Assembly: GCA_964016885.1 (NCBI GenBank)
Contig: OZ024742.1
Coordinates: forward strand, 253,704,001 to 253,768,000
Reading direction: 5' to 3'
Length of the DNA stretch: 64,000 nt
Source of the DNA: Eledone cirrhosa
Taxonomy: Eukaryota
Shown here: piece after piece, positions 12,461-25,572 of the stretch
Layout: every line of letters starts with the position of its first letter
Position numbering within the stretch: the stretch's first letter is position 1
Position numbers and translations under genes: made by a program
Notes under the pieces: generated by a model
What the model was told of the DNA's origin: nothing
Databases searched by the model: none
The model's input: the letters and a program-made list of their open reading frames with translations, nothing else

Positions 12461-13008
12461 ATCACCAAGTCTAAGGAAGTAACACCACAAGAGCATGAAG
12501 ATAGGGAGAAAATCCTCAACGCCCATATGATGATGTGGACAAACATAATGCAGCCCAATAAAAGGACTGCCAACAACTTCCAGGCCTGGAACAATGACGT
12601 GCCAGCATTGTATGGGCTTCGAAAAGATCATAAACGAGCAGTGACCCTGTCACAGGACCACCAACACGGCCAGTCTGTGGAGCTAACATTGCTAGTAACT
12701 ACAGACTTTCCTACTTCCTCTCCCTGATCATACGCCCCATCATTGAAATGTCCCCAGATATATGTGACAGCACGGAAAACCTCCTCAGCAGAATCAGCAA
12801 AAATAACCAATCTGGGGACCTAACAGACTGTTTAATAGGTAGTATGGATGTTGTGTCCCTATATCCATCCATTGACGTGGATTTTGCTGTGTAGAAATGC
12901 GTAGAAATGATCAGTGAGAGCAATGTTGAATTCCGTGGGATTGATACCAGTGAGCTGGGACTCCTACTTTAACTTACCTATAGTAATGATTATCTAGATA
13001 CATATGAC

Positions 13009-14035
13009 TGATACATATGAATGAATGGCTTGTGAGAGCTATACAAGTCATGTATAAAGAAACAGTCAGCAAGGTTAGAATTAACAACAAATATAGTGAA
13101 GAGTTTAGCGTAAAAGTTGGTGTTCATCAGGGCTCCGTCCTTAGCCCCTTACTATTTATTATTGCCCTTCAGACTATAACAGAGGAGTTCAAGACCGTCT
13201 GACCATGGGAACTCCTATATGCAGATGATCTAACACTCATAGCTGAATCAATGGCAGGCTGTATGATGCCTGCATACGAACAGCAATGTTACATGGCAGT
13301 GAGACTTGGGCATTGTGTGCAGAGGATATACGCAGACTGGAGAGGAACGAAGCTTGCATGCTCCGTTGGATGTGTAATAGGAATGTACATGAACGGCAAA
13401 GCATAAATGAACTAAAGTAGAAATTAGGAATAAGAGGAATCAGATGTTGTTTACTCGAGAGAAGACTACGTTGGTATGGTCACGTGATGCGCATGAAAGA
13501 CGACAGCTGTATAAAAAAGTGCAGGGCGATAAAAATCGACGGTAGCCACGGAGTAGGCAGACCCAGAAAAACCTGGGACGACTTGATAAATTCCGACCTC
13601 ACACACTTACACCTCTCCAAGACAATGTCACTGGACCGAGATCTTTGGCGCTACACAGTAATACAGAAGACCCGCCTTGCCTAAGTACAAAGCGAAACCT
13701 ACAGTCAGTAGGCACCTCTAACAAAAATGCACCCCCCCATCCACACAACCCCTTTCGATGTAAAGTTATGTTGGTACCACAACATCCAGGCTGAAATAAA
13801 TGAAGTCGTGTAGGTGTCACGAAAAAAAAAACACACAGTCCACGCTGTAATGTGGCCATGTAGGTAACATGGTAAAAACCTCCCAGTCCACACTGTAAAC
13901 GTGGTTGGTGTTAGGAAGGGCATCCAGCCATAGAAAACCCGCCAGACAGTCCTATACGAGCAAGACAACCAATCTTGCCTCAAGTGGGAAAATTCCCGTC
14001 CAAACCCATGCAAGCGTGGAAGATGGACGTTAAAC

Positions 14036-14066
<31 letters not shown>
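13009..14066 (+). mobile_element. RTE-clade LINE, 5'-truncated with internal deletion, with TSD
   Basis: GVHQGSVLSPLLF…ELLYADDL, RLRWYGHVMRM…GRPRKTW, 3' UTR and (GAT)n; TSD ATATGAC at 13002-13008 and 14067-14073. Confidence 0.9.
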
Positions 14067-14068
<2 letters not shown>

Positions 14069-15718
14069 ATGACCTTAGCAACCTGTGCCATACAAGACCA
14101 GCAAGAGGCAAACCACCTACCATTACCTCAATGGCCAAGAAAACCCACACAGAAAGATGGAACGGGTGGACCAGAGCCATACGGACCCCCGAAAACCACG
14201 ATGAACTAAAGAAAATGATTGCACATGTGGTGTGGGCCAGTATAAAATTAACCCTTAAGGAACATATGTTCAAATTTAATGGAAAAACATATGCCCAAGA
14301 GGAGGGAGCAGCCGTTGGGGTTAGCATTGCAGGTGACCTAGCTAACCTATTCATGGTATGGTGGGACAATAAACTTAAACTTAAACTTAAAGAAGAATTA
14401 GAAGACAGCAACCTTTTAACCCTGACAATGTACTCCCGCTACGTTGATGATATAAACATCGTAGTAAAAATACCCCACTAGAGAACAGTCAGGAATTAGA
14501 GAAAAACACCATGGAAAGCATCCAGCAAATAGCTAACTCCATCCACCAGAGTATTAGAGTTACTATAGACTACCTAAGCAAACACCATCGATTATCTGTA
14601 CTAGACACAGAGCTCTGGTTAGAAACCATTAATAACAAAAAACAAATCCTCCATTCCCATTATGCCAAATTCATGACTTCCAAATATCTGATCCACCGAA
14701 ACTCAGCTGTTTCGGATCATACCAAAATCAACATACTGATTACGGATTTGGTACGGGTGATGAGAAATGTGTCCCGCATGTGCAACCCCAAAGAACTAGA
14801 GAGACACATACAACACTTCATCCACCATATGCAGTTCTCTGGTTACAATCAGAGAGATAAAATCAGAGTATATAGAGGAGCCAGAACCAAATGGGAAAAA
14901 ATGGTAAATAATGATACAAATCGGACCTGCCCCTTGTATAGGAACAAATTTTGGAATAGAATAGAAAGAACTAGGAATAAGGTTAATAGAATAAACTCAT
15001 AGTATGATAGCAATAAATACCAGAGTGTAATGTTCATCGATACAACCCCTAGAGGTGAATTAGCTTACAAATTTAGAAGGGCCCTAGATAAACATAAACT
15101 TAATAATAAGATAGTAGAAAGACCAGGTACCTCCATAAAAACACTTATTAGCAATACATACCCTTTTCAAAGACCTCCCTGTATAGATAAGAAATGCATA
15201 ATCTGTAAACTAAGCCCCCCCCCCCCCCCCCCCTGTAAAACTAGAAATGTACTGAAGGACAATGTAAAGATAAGAATATAGTGTACATAGGTGAGACAGC
15301 TCGTAGCATAGGTGAACGGTTAAATAAACACTGGCAAGAACTTCAAGATGTTAAAATAGAATATAAGGGCAAATTAGAGAACATAGAAATAAAAATAGAA
15401 TCTACACACATAAAAGACGCAATGTTTAGACAAATCACTGAGGCAATAAACATAAATGAATTCCAACCAAAATTAAATAGAAAACATGAATGGAATAGCA
15501 ATATCACAACTTACAACTAAGGACAAAATGAAAACACACACACACATAGAACAAACAACTAACTAGTAACAAGTAAATAAACAAATAAATAAACAAATAA
15601 AAACACACACAGTCACCCGGATGTAACACATGCACAAACTAAGCACACAACACACACAAAAACAAGATGGTGTAGGACAGAACAAAGGAGAAGCACAAAA
15701 CAAAGAAAAGAATCCCCA

Positions 15719-15761
15719 GTCACTGAAGAGGTCACAGAATGTGTGACGAAAGAACTTTGAC
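15719..15761 (+). ncRNA. Minimal type I hammerhead ribozyme motif in PLE pLTR
   Basis: GTCA-CTGAAGA-G-GTCACA(GAATG)TGTGAC-GAAA-GAAC-TT-TGAC, about 200 nt downstream of the EN stop. Confidence 0.75.
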
Positions 15762-16032
15762 AATCTATGAACAACCGTCCGGTTATGGAACCAACCAACC
15801 AACCGGAAATTTATAAATTTAATTTATAGTAAATTGGAGTGAAAGCAACTGGTGCGTGCATTTCTTATTGGCAACATGACCCTCCAAAAGCATAACAACA
15901 TCGGTTTCAACACACGTTTTCAGATAAAGAATCTTGCTAAACAAATTCAGAAACGAAATATATATATATATATCATCATCATCATCATCATCATTTAACG
16001 TCCATCTTCCACGCTTGCATACATATATATAA

Positions 16033-16180
16033 GAAGGGCATCCAGCTGTAGAAATCAAGCCAGAATCAGTTGCTGTATGAGCAAGATAAGGTCAGCCGCC
16101 TGGACACTGCCCATAACAGGACAACCCGTCTAACACATTCTAGCATGGAAGAACGGATGTAAAACGGTGATGATGATGAT
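16033..16180 (+). mobile_element. RTE-type tail fragment
   Basis: GAAGGGCATCCAGCTGTAGAAATC…(GAT)n; matches 61845-61995. Confidence 0.7.
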
Positions 16181-16924
16181 ACATATATATATACATATGC
16201 ACACAAGCACAAATATATGTAATCTTCTGAGTGATATTAGGTAGGCAAAGAATGTGGAAGTTCATTTGGACCGTACATATAATTAGAAATTTCAGCCTTG
16301 TCACATACAGTGCCGAATCTCACTGAAAATTGCATGATGAGTATATGTTTCAATGGAATACTCAGCCACTTACATGTTAATTAGATGAATGGTTATTACA
16401 CTTTATTAGACAACAGAACACTCATCATTTATACTAACTCAAATCCATTCGCATTCATACACATACATACACACACATATCTATATATATATATACATAT
16501 ATATATATATAATTATATATGAATATAAACATAAGTATACATGTGAGTGTGTGTGTGCATGCGCATGTATGACTACGTATCTATATATGTACATACGAAT
16601 GGAGAAATACACTGATAGTTCTGGTAATAATAGGATAGAATCACTTTACAATGCTTGGTATTATCACCTAATTACCTAATTATCTCCCCCTTATACTTCT
16701 GAACGTTGCTATTATTAACCAATCATTTCCCTTCATTGTACCAATCTGAATTTTGCCAGTTTTCACCGAAGTAATTCGCGAAGGAATTGAATTAATAAAA
16801 GTATTAATGTAATTGTATAGAGATAGAGTATATGTATAATATGATGTACAGTAACAGTTGTAGAGCAAATATCTGTAACTTCAGCAATAATATAAAGATT
16901 CAGTGACGATTGTAGTAAGGAAGC

Positions 16925-17105
16925 TGGGTGGATAGTTGGCAGATATTGTAAAGCTTCTAAACTAAGAAGTTCTCTTACGAACCACACGTTTTGAGGTTCA
17001 GTCTCACTGGCATTGTAGCTTGGTCAAGTGTCTTCTGCTATAGTCCCAGGTTGATCAATGCCTTGTCAGTGGTATTTGTTCGATGTTAATTGTGGAAGCC
17101 CATTA
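16925..17105 (+). mobile_element. Degenerate tRNA/CORE-type SINE
   Basis: GGTTCAGTCTCACTG…CTTGGTCAAGTGTCTTCTGCTATAG…; relatives at 50722-50880 (+), 31050-31175 (-) and 58650-58815 (-). Confidence 0.6.
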
Positions 17106-17211
17106 TGAGGTGAAGGATGTGTGAATGAGCACTCAATACCAAAGTAGAGTTGAATAGTATTCTTTATTGTTACTAAATGATGAGTTATGATATTCTGCAA
17201 TTTTATTGGGT

Positions 17212-18312
17212 TAAGAGGTGCCTACTGATTGTAGGTTTGTATGCAATGGCAGTTGGGTCTTCTGTACAACTGCATGGTGCCAAAGGTCTCGATCCAGTGT
17301 CATTGCCTTAGAGAGGTGTAGGTGAGCAAGGTCAGATTTTATCACCTCGTCCCAGGTTTTTCTTGGTCTACTCACTCCGTAGCTTCCATCAATTTTCATT
17401 GCTCTGCCCTTTTTTATACAGCTGTCGTCCTTCATACGTATCACATGTCCTTATTAACACAATCTCCTCTCCAGAACACATCATTTAATACCTCTTATGC
17501 TTAGTCTCTCTCTTAATTCGTTTATGCTTTGCCTTTTGCGCACATTACTATTGCACATCCATCAGAGCATGCAAGCTTCATTTCTTTTTAATCTACACAG
17601 GTCTTCAGCACGCAATGCCCAAGTCTCACTACCATGCAATATCACCATTCGTATACATGCATCATACAATCTGCCTTTCATTTTTAGAGAAAAACCCTTG
17701 TGTGGCAAACAGCAGTATTAGCTCTCTGAACTTTTTCCATCCTGCTCTAACTCTGGCTACTACACTTTCAGAGCACCATCCTCCACTGCTGATTTTGTCA
17801 CCCAGGTAACGGAAGGTGTCTACAATTTCTATAGAACCATCTGGGCAGTTGAAGGAGATAGCATCCAGTGGGTCCTTGCTACTTACTGCACCTGAGCATC
17901 GGCCACATATAAAATCTACATTCTTAGCTAGCTTACCTCTGATCCGACTACATCTTTTATGCACTAATAGTTTGCATTTGAGAGATAGAATGGAGTTTCT
18001 GCCTACTCCTTTCTTACACACTGATCATGGCCATTTCCCAGAGAGTACCTGTGCCCTATTCTGCTTTCTACACACTAGAACCTTAGTCTTAGACAAGTTG
18101 ACTCTAATGCCTTTTGATTCAAGGCCATGCTTCCGTGTTTGGAACTTCCTCTCTAGTTCAGCTATGGATTCAGCTATGAGAGTTAGATCATCTGCATATA
18201 GAAGTTCCCATGGGCAGCCAGTCTTAAACCCCTCTGTTATAGCCTGTAGGACAATAATAAACAGGAGGGGGGGGGGGGGGGGGCTAAGAATGGAGCCCTG
18301 GTGAACCCCTAC
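17212..18312 (-). mobile_element. RTE-clade LINE fragment (RT C-terminus with Cys-rich insert)
   Basis: GVHQGSILSP…WELLYADDL…KWP..CKKGVGRNSI…VHKRCS…FRYLGD…RPRKTW. Confidence 0.9.
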
Positions 18313-20803
18313 TATTATGCCTTCCACTACTAATTTTCTAAGAGCCCATATGTACCTTAATATTTTTATGTGGATTAGATATCCAGTGTTGAAATGTGTG
18401 GATGAACACTGACATCTGTTTGCAATTAATGCAATATGTAGGGTTTTTATATCGAAAAAGAGATTGAAAATTTTAGCTTTTCATATTACATTTCTTAGTC
18501 ATGTGTATGATTTGTTCATGAGTAAATGGTGATTGCTTAGAGATCTAGAGATCCAGGCCACCTGGCATGCACGAACCAGCCAGAGAATACCTTCACTCTC
18601 CCTAATCTTAATTTTCAACCCCTCATCCACACCAGCTAAATATCCCAACTTAGTCCTTCCTCCATCACCTCATGTTCAACTTGCATACTCATCCCTGCCT
18701 CAAAACTTACCCTCCATATTTCTGCATACAAACATGGAAAGTTGAAAATTCTCTGCATCTGCTCTTCCACAATGATACTACCATGGCAAAAATCACTTTG
18801 TCCACTCTCCATGGTGTTATGGCTCATGCCACAACAATAAATGCATCATATCAACCCTGTAAGGTTTCACAGAATTTAACCAGCTCGCTGTACTTCCTGG
18901 CTTTCCTGTTGATTGTATCATCAATGTTTGCCTTCAAAGCGACAGTAAGCTCTACCATCTTTATCACCTTCCCTTTCTTACACCACAAAAAGAGGTTGGG
19001 GTTATAGTGGTAAGTAGGATGAAGTTGTATTTGCTGTCCTAGTCAACTGCGACTTCCCACATCCCCTCCCATTTTGAGTCAGTCTTCTTTCTTACACTGC
19101 ATTAGCCAGTACTCTAAGCTCCTAGTTATGCCAACATGTGTATTTGTTTTTTAAACCCAATGGGCACTGGACAGTATGTGTCTCATCGTTCCAGCCACTT
19201 TGCATATATACATATGTGTGTGTGTGCTATTGGAAAATACAAGTTTTAAAAGAAAGAAATGCAAAGAAATATGTGTTTCACAGCATCATCTTCATCTTGT
19301 AATTTAATAAGTCTAAATAGGATATTTATTATGAAAACTTATGCTTTTCCCAATAATTGAAATGAGAACACAAAAAGATGTGTAAATGAATATATATTGA
19401 AACACTGACCTTTTGAATGTGTACAAATAACCAAAAATTACAAAATGTCCTCTATATTCATGTACAAATAAGACTTTAGAATATTCTGGAAAGTGCATGA
19501 TTGTCATGACTCATTGGACAATATTGCCCATTGAGCAATACTTGTCCTAGTTTTGACTAATCCCTTTTGCATGTCAAATATTCACAAATCCGAAGTTTGG
19601 ATTATTTCACAATTGTGAAAAAGCAATGACTAGGTTTTTCTAGATAATTTGACGGTCATGATTTCGATTCTCACTTGTTGATCTTCTAACACTTCCACCT
19701 TGAATTCGTTGGACATATGATCAGAGATGAGGGTTTACCTTCAGAGGCAATACTTGTTTTCTTTGGTGAGTAGAATGTCAAAGTGTTTAGTTTGATCTTT
19801 GACTATTGTTTGTGAGGGGTAGATTAAAGGTGTCTAAAATGAAATCAAGTGGTAGCTGCAACCCATGCTGAGATTGATGTAAAACTCTGCTTTTGTAATG
19901 TATGTTTAATATGTATGGTTAATATGTTTAGTCCAGACATTTGGTTGAACTTTGACACGAGAAATCACTTTTCTCCATTTGCGTACAACCACCCCAGTTG
20001 TCCATCTTATTGTTGTAACGATGGTTGTGAACAAGCCAGTATCACCTGGTTGCACCTTCCATACTAATTGTGATTTTTTTTATTTTTGTATTCATTATCA
20101 TCTGCATTCTGATGCAATCAAACGCTATTTGTAGTTTTCTTCCAAACATATATTCACCTGGTGATTTTCCACTTGGTACATTTGGATTAGGGTAATTATG
20201 TATTAGGGAAGGATATTTTTTTTTATACCCCCTCTCCCTTTGACTTTGATAACACCCACTTGAATGTATCGACGAAGCATTCTGCCTAACCATTAGACTG
20301 TGGATGATAGGGCGATGACTTCATATAATTGTTTCTACTTTTGGCACAAGGCCATCAATTACCCAGTACATTACTGGTACTTTATTTTATCGACCCCGTA
20401 AGGATGAAAAGCAAATTTAACATGTAATGAATGCTGTTTTCATTGCATTAATCAGAAAAAAAAATTGCATTGATAAAGTGATTACCATTGTCTGTAACAA
20501 TAGTTTTAGTAATTCCAAACTGACTACACAACTGTTTCAAAACAACAACTGTTGCTGCATTAGTAATGTTTGGTATTATTCTTATCTCTGGCCACTTTGA
20601 ATATGTGCCAACCAAAATCATATAATACATATGACTCCATCAACAGGACCAGCAAAATCTGCATGAATGCAGTTCCATGGTTGATCTTGTGGCCAGCTTT
20701 GTGGTTCACTTTTTGGCAGATGTTTAAGTACATGAATGCAGCCATCAGAGTTTTTACAGAACTACTCTAGATCTTGTTCCAGATGTGGGCAATAAATAAA
20801 ACT

Positions 20804-21485
20804 TTAGCAGATAATTGTTTATGTTATTAGATCTATTTTAGCAAATGAAATAATATATTATTTGTGATAGTAGCACACGAGGATTTGAAGTATCAAGAAA
20901 AGTAACGGTTTGTTATGTGTTAGACAATGTTAGCTGAAAGTGAATGTATGTTGTTTGTCGTAAAGATGAACGTAACGTACAAGTTGAAGTTAGTTGTTGT
21001 TCGGTCGTAAAGTTGTAGCCACGAAAGAAGTGAATTTGCTGTTGGAGTGATAAGACATTGGGAAAAGGATTTTCCCATATCACGTCCAAGGAGGTGGTAG
21101 AAGCATTACAAGACTTTAAGACTTTTTACATTATTTATTTACAAACTGAGAAGATTACAAAAGTAGTGTTGGTATGCCAAATAATGAGAACAAACAAATT
21201 AAGTGTAATATGCGAAGAAGGCACAGTCACCACCTGACATGTGGCCGGCCAGGCTGAAGTTGTGGATTATCGCTACATGTTGGCGAGTTGTTGGCACCGA
21301 AAGGAAAATGGATGTTGACTTCTTGGTGTCAAGGCAGCAACTGTTTATAGTGAAACAAAAGAAGTGCGAAAATCTTGTTTGGTAAAAAGTTGATAATATC
21401 CATGCACGACTTACAATTGGTCTACAGTAACCAAATCATGCATGGATAGATTATTGTTACGCGCCATGAAAACAGCTCCGCTACA
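20804..21485. mobile_element. Solo-LTR-like insert inside the Gypsy integrase region
   Basis: Interrupts the HPG…K.I.R|SFIY.P frame; ends TTAGCAG…CGCTACA; 5-bp TSD AAACT at 20799-20803 and 21486-21490. Confidence 0.65.
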
Positions 21486-23633
21486 AAACTCTGGTGATTG
21501 CTTTTACCCAGTTGATACCTGGATGTCATATGTGAAACTGCTTGATGACTGCTATCTGCAGCAGCTCTCGTACCACAACTCGTTCACCAAACACTAAACA
21601 TCCATTGACCACAATGAGTGACAGTGATTGAAAATAGTTTTATTACGCCATCATTTAATTTTGGCCACCACAAACGTAGATAACTGATAACTTGTTGAAG
21701 GAGCTTGTTTTTGTGTGTGGTGTTTAATGTGATCTGCTGTTATTGGTAGCACCCAGACTGCCTCTGATAGTATTTTTGTGCCGCTTTTTCTGTCTCAACT
21801 GTTGCCATGATAACCTCTTCTTCTGGTGGTGTGTAATTGTCAATAAAATGAGATAATGCGTCAGCAGCTTGACCAAATTCATGTATTGACTGATATTGGA
21901 TTTTGAAGTTGTATGCCGTTAATGTAGTTGCCTGTCATTGTAAACAATTTGCTGTGTGTATTGGTATGCCTCTCTTGAAGCTAAAAATTGCCAGAAGTGC
22001 TTTATGATTTGTAAGTAGCATAAACTTCTGTCCCCACAGCATCTTATAAAACTCTTTACAGCAAATATTAATGCCAAAACTTCTTTCTCAATTTGACTGT
22101 AATTTCTGTCTTGTTTTGACAATGAGTGAGCTGCCTGTGTGATGACTTTCTTTGAACCATCAGGAAAACAATGAGATGACAGCACTGATTCCTACGTTGG
22201 ATGCGTCAGCTGAATCTTCTGTGGGAAGATATGGATCAAAATGTGTCAACAGCAACTCTGAATTTAATAGATTCTTGACCTTGTCAAAAGCGTCTTTTGG
22301 TTTTGGGCTAATAATTTATTCAATGGTGTTCCAATTGTATGTAAAGATGACAATAATACACTGTAATAGCTGACTTAACCAAAAAATGCTTGAAGTGTGT
22401 TAATGTCATGAGGTACAGGCATTGACTTGACAACTGTTACATTATTTGGGTCCAGAGGGTATCCATCTGAATCGATGATAAAACCAAGATATTTGATTCT
22501 TTGCATTCCATAGCAACATTTTTCTGCTCATACTTGCAGGCTGATATGTTTCAAATCCATATCCACTTTGTTATAAAGATAATTTTCATTTAGTCCCATA
22601 ACAATATCATCTAAATAGTTGCCACATCTAAATAGTTTTGCAACATTGTATCATTTAATCGTTGAAAAATAGCTGAGGTTCTTTTCATCCCAAATGGTAG
22701 TCATGTAAATTGATAAAAATCCTTATGGGTGCTTATCAGTAATTCTCGTGAACTTTGAACTATCAAAATTTACAAATATGCCTCGGCTAAATCAAGTTTT
22801 GCAAAAAAATCTTCCCACCATTAAGTTTTGTGAATAAGTTGTCTAGCAATGGAAGTGGATACTGATGATCTTCAAGTACTTTATTTGGTCTTGCTGAAAA
22901 ATCAGTACACAATCTAATTGACCCTCTTGGCTTTTTGATCACTACAATTGCTGCTGCCCAAGTTGAATTAGAAACTGGGGCCAAACTTCCACTCTATTTT
23001 AGATGGGTGAGTTCTTTCTCTAACATTAGCAGGATCAAACTGAAGTTTAGTAAATGTGTTGAGGATGGATGTCACTGTATTATTTGATGTGGATGCCAGA
23101 AGATGCACATTTAATTTGCTCAGCATGATTTCAATTAATTTGAGTTGAGCTTCCTCTGCTTGCTTTGTTGTTGTTGAAGCAACATTTGTAATTGTTCCAT
23201 GGAAATTGATATGTGTTTATCTTCTCGTCCCAAATTTATGTTTTCCCAAACAATTGAAAGGAGAACATAAAAAGATGCATAAGTGTGTGTATATATACCC
23301 ATGTTAGATGAAGATGATGATGATGATGATTTAACTTTGGATCTACACACACATATCATCATCATTTTACATCCACTTTTCCCTGTTTGCATAATATTAT
23401 GTCCTTATGGATAAATGAATACACTGCAACAGTGTAATAACAATATAATCGAAACAAACGGCAATAACCACACGTAATGGAACAACAATCTTTTAAGAAG
23501 TAACAATCCAACATGCTAATCCGAACTGTGAACTTGAACTCCAGCTTTGACTATCAACATACGAACTGTGGAACTAGTACCAACTTGCCCACTTACTCAG
23601 GCCGCTAATATTTATATGTAGTGGTCCAGACCC

Positions 23634-23975
23634 TTCTCGCCAACAGATGTTATCCAACCATCCTACTCGGAGTCTGTCCCTGGGTTTCTTACCAGTTGGT
23701 TTTGCCTGCAAAATCTGTCCAGCAATTCTTTCATTAGACATATTAACCACATGTCCATAATATTGGAGCTGTGATCTCTCAATTTGAGGAAGTAGTAGCT
23801 CTATCTGGAGCGTCTCTCTGATCTCCAAGCTATGTACTCTATTGAGTAACGTTATTCAAAACCCTTCACAGGAACACCATTTTGGCTGCTTGAATTTGAG
23901 ATCATATTCTTCCAATCATAACCTAAGATTCATGACCATGGGTTCGGTAAGGGTTGACACAAATACTGAAGTGAA
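23634..23975 (-). mobile_element. RTE (Expander/Rex3-like) C-terminal fragment
   Basis: LQIELLLPQIERSQLQYYGHVVNMSNERIAGQILQAKPTGKKPRDRLRVGWLDNI. Confidence 0.8.
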
Positions 23976-24158
23976 GATAGTAAGTTTGGCTGCAAACTTG
24001 AACTCCAACTTTGACTATCAACATACGAATTGTGGAACTAATACCAACTTCACCCACTTACTCAGGCCGCTACTATTTATATGTAGTAGTCTAGCCCATT
24101 ATTGCCAGGGGGGCATTGTACTCTCACACAACACATATATATGTATATATATATATAT

Positions 24159-24424
24159 CGAAAAATGTTCAAGACCCCAACGGCAGAGCTCAAGCCATTT
24201 CGATGGCTATTTCTGGACTAAATTAGTCCAGAAATAGCTGTTGAAACGGCTTTAGCTCTCCTGTCGGGGTTAGGGTTAGGATTAAATTAGTCCAGAAATA
24301 GCCGTTGAAACGGCTTGAGCTCTGGTCTTGAGCTTGGGGTCTTGAACATTTTCCTATTACCCTAAGTATTGAGTACTCTGGTGCGTTATGGTCCATCTGG
24401 TTCCTTAGCACACTTCCTTTGTTG
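24159..24424. repeat. Fold-back pLTR-end-like element inserted in the Gypsy 5' LTR at (TA)n
   Basis: AAAATGTTCAAGACCCCAA…CTGGACTAA is inverted at 24223-24260 and again at 24285-24352, followed by a tail shared with 53852-53937. Confidence 0.75.
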
Positions 24425-25374
24425 TATATATATATTGAAATACTGAGCTTTTGAATATGTACAAACGACCAAAAATTACAAAACGTCCTCTATTTATGTA
24501 CAGATAAGACTTTAGAATGTTCTGGAATGTGCATACATGTCATACACTGATTGGGTAATAATAGATTTACCCTATGAGAAATACTTGTTATCTTAGTTTC
24601 GACAATTTTGCATGCCAAATATTCACTCATTTGCCTTTTTTCCTGAATGGATTATTTTGCATTTGTAAAAAAGCTATGACTTGGTCTTACTCGATAATTT
24701 GAATGTCATGGTTTCGATCCTCACCTGTGGATCTTCCTAACAAAACTGTTTCAAAGGAATGTCATAAAATATAAAAATAACAATAACAAACATCAACTAA
24801 GAATAGCTCCCCAATAAAATGGTTCTACATTTTAATGTAATTCTTGGAAAACTCCACAGAAACCCTCTCTCAGTTTCTTTCCTCTTGCTTAGAAAATAAT
24901 AGTATGTGTAGAAACATTTAATCTTGTCAATCTCACTCCTCTATTATGAAATACGAAACATGTTTGCTAATTCAGGCACAAGATGAGCAAATAAGGGCCC
25001 TGGTAATTTATTGGTTCATTATTTTACAGATCCAGAAAGAATGAAAGACAAAGTTCACTTCGGTATGATTTGAACTAAGAACATAAATAGCTGAAACTTA
25101 ATGCCTCAATCTATTTTGTCTTTTAGCAGATATTTTTCATGGTTTTAGTGGCTGTCATTTTAGTGGTTATGTGGTTCATTGGGGTTATGTTGATGGTGGT
25201 TGTAGTGTTATCAAATATTGAAGCTGGTTGTTGAGTTGTAATGTGTTTTAAGAGTTATTGTACATGTTGATTGGTGCGATTGAGGAATGACCAACACCAA
25301 CGATGAATTGAGACAAACTAACAAGGAAACCAAACTGCTAATTTTGATATTTTTATTTTTTTCATGGCATATAA

Positions 25375-25572
25375 TGATTTCTAGTATAGGCACAAGGGCA
25401 GTAATTTGGGGGGAGGGGGAAGTCGACCCCAGTACGTTACTGGTGCTTTATTTTATTGACCCCGTAAAGATGAGAGGCAAAGTTAACCTTGTTGGGATTT
25501 GAACTCAGACCGTAAAGGGCCATAACTCTATTTTTGCAAAGTATGGTGTCCGACTCTCTACCGATACTGGCT
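25375..25572 (-). mobile_element. tRNA-derived SINE (same family as 8514)
   Basis: Reverse complement of the family sequence including A/B-box-like motifs and the central domain. Confidence 0.75.

Larger units (their letters stand above)
12461..15905 (+). mobile_element. Long PLE remnant (RT + GIY-YIG + pLTR with HHR) split by an RTE insertion
   Basis: LYGLRKDHK…TRPVCGA…MDVVSLYPSID (12600-12880), resuming after the RTE with FKFNGKTYAQEEGAAVG…YSRYVDDIN…YIGETARS…RQITEAINI…LNRKHEW. Confidence 0.88.
19300..24742 (-). mobile_element. Decayed Gypsy (Mag/K02A2.6-like) LTR retrotransposon with both LTRs
   Basis: LTRs begin TGTTAG(G)AAGAT at 24742 and 19691 (minus strand); PPT-like AAGGTGGAAG before the 3' LTR; PBS-like TGGGACGAG near 23224-23232 followed by MEQLQMLLQQQQ; RT WAAAIVVIKK…IRLCTDF…YPLP; RNase H NYSQIEKEVLALIFAVK; integrase IHADFAGP…YSKWPEI; many stops. 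Confidence 0.85.

Noticed and set aside
18590-19200. Possible LINE endonuclease remnant on the minus strand
   Set aside because: Too degenerate to read diagnostic motifs with confidence.
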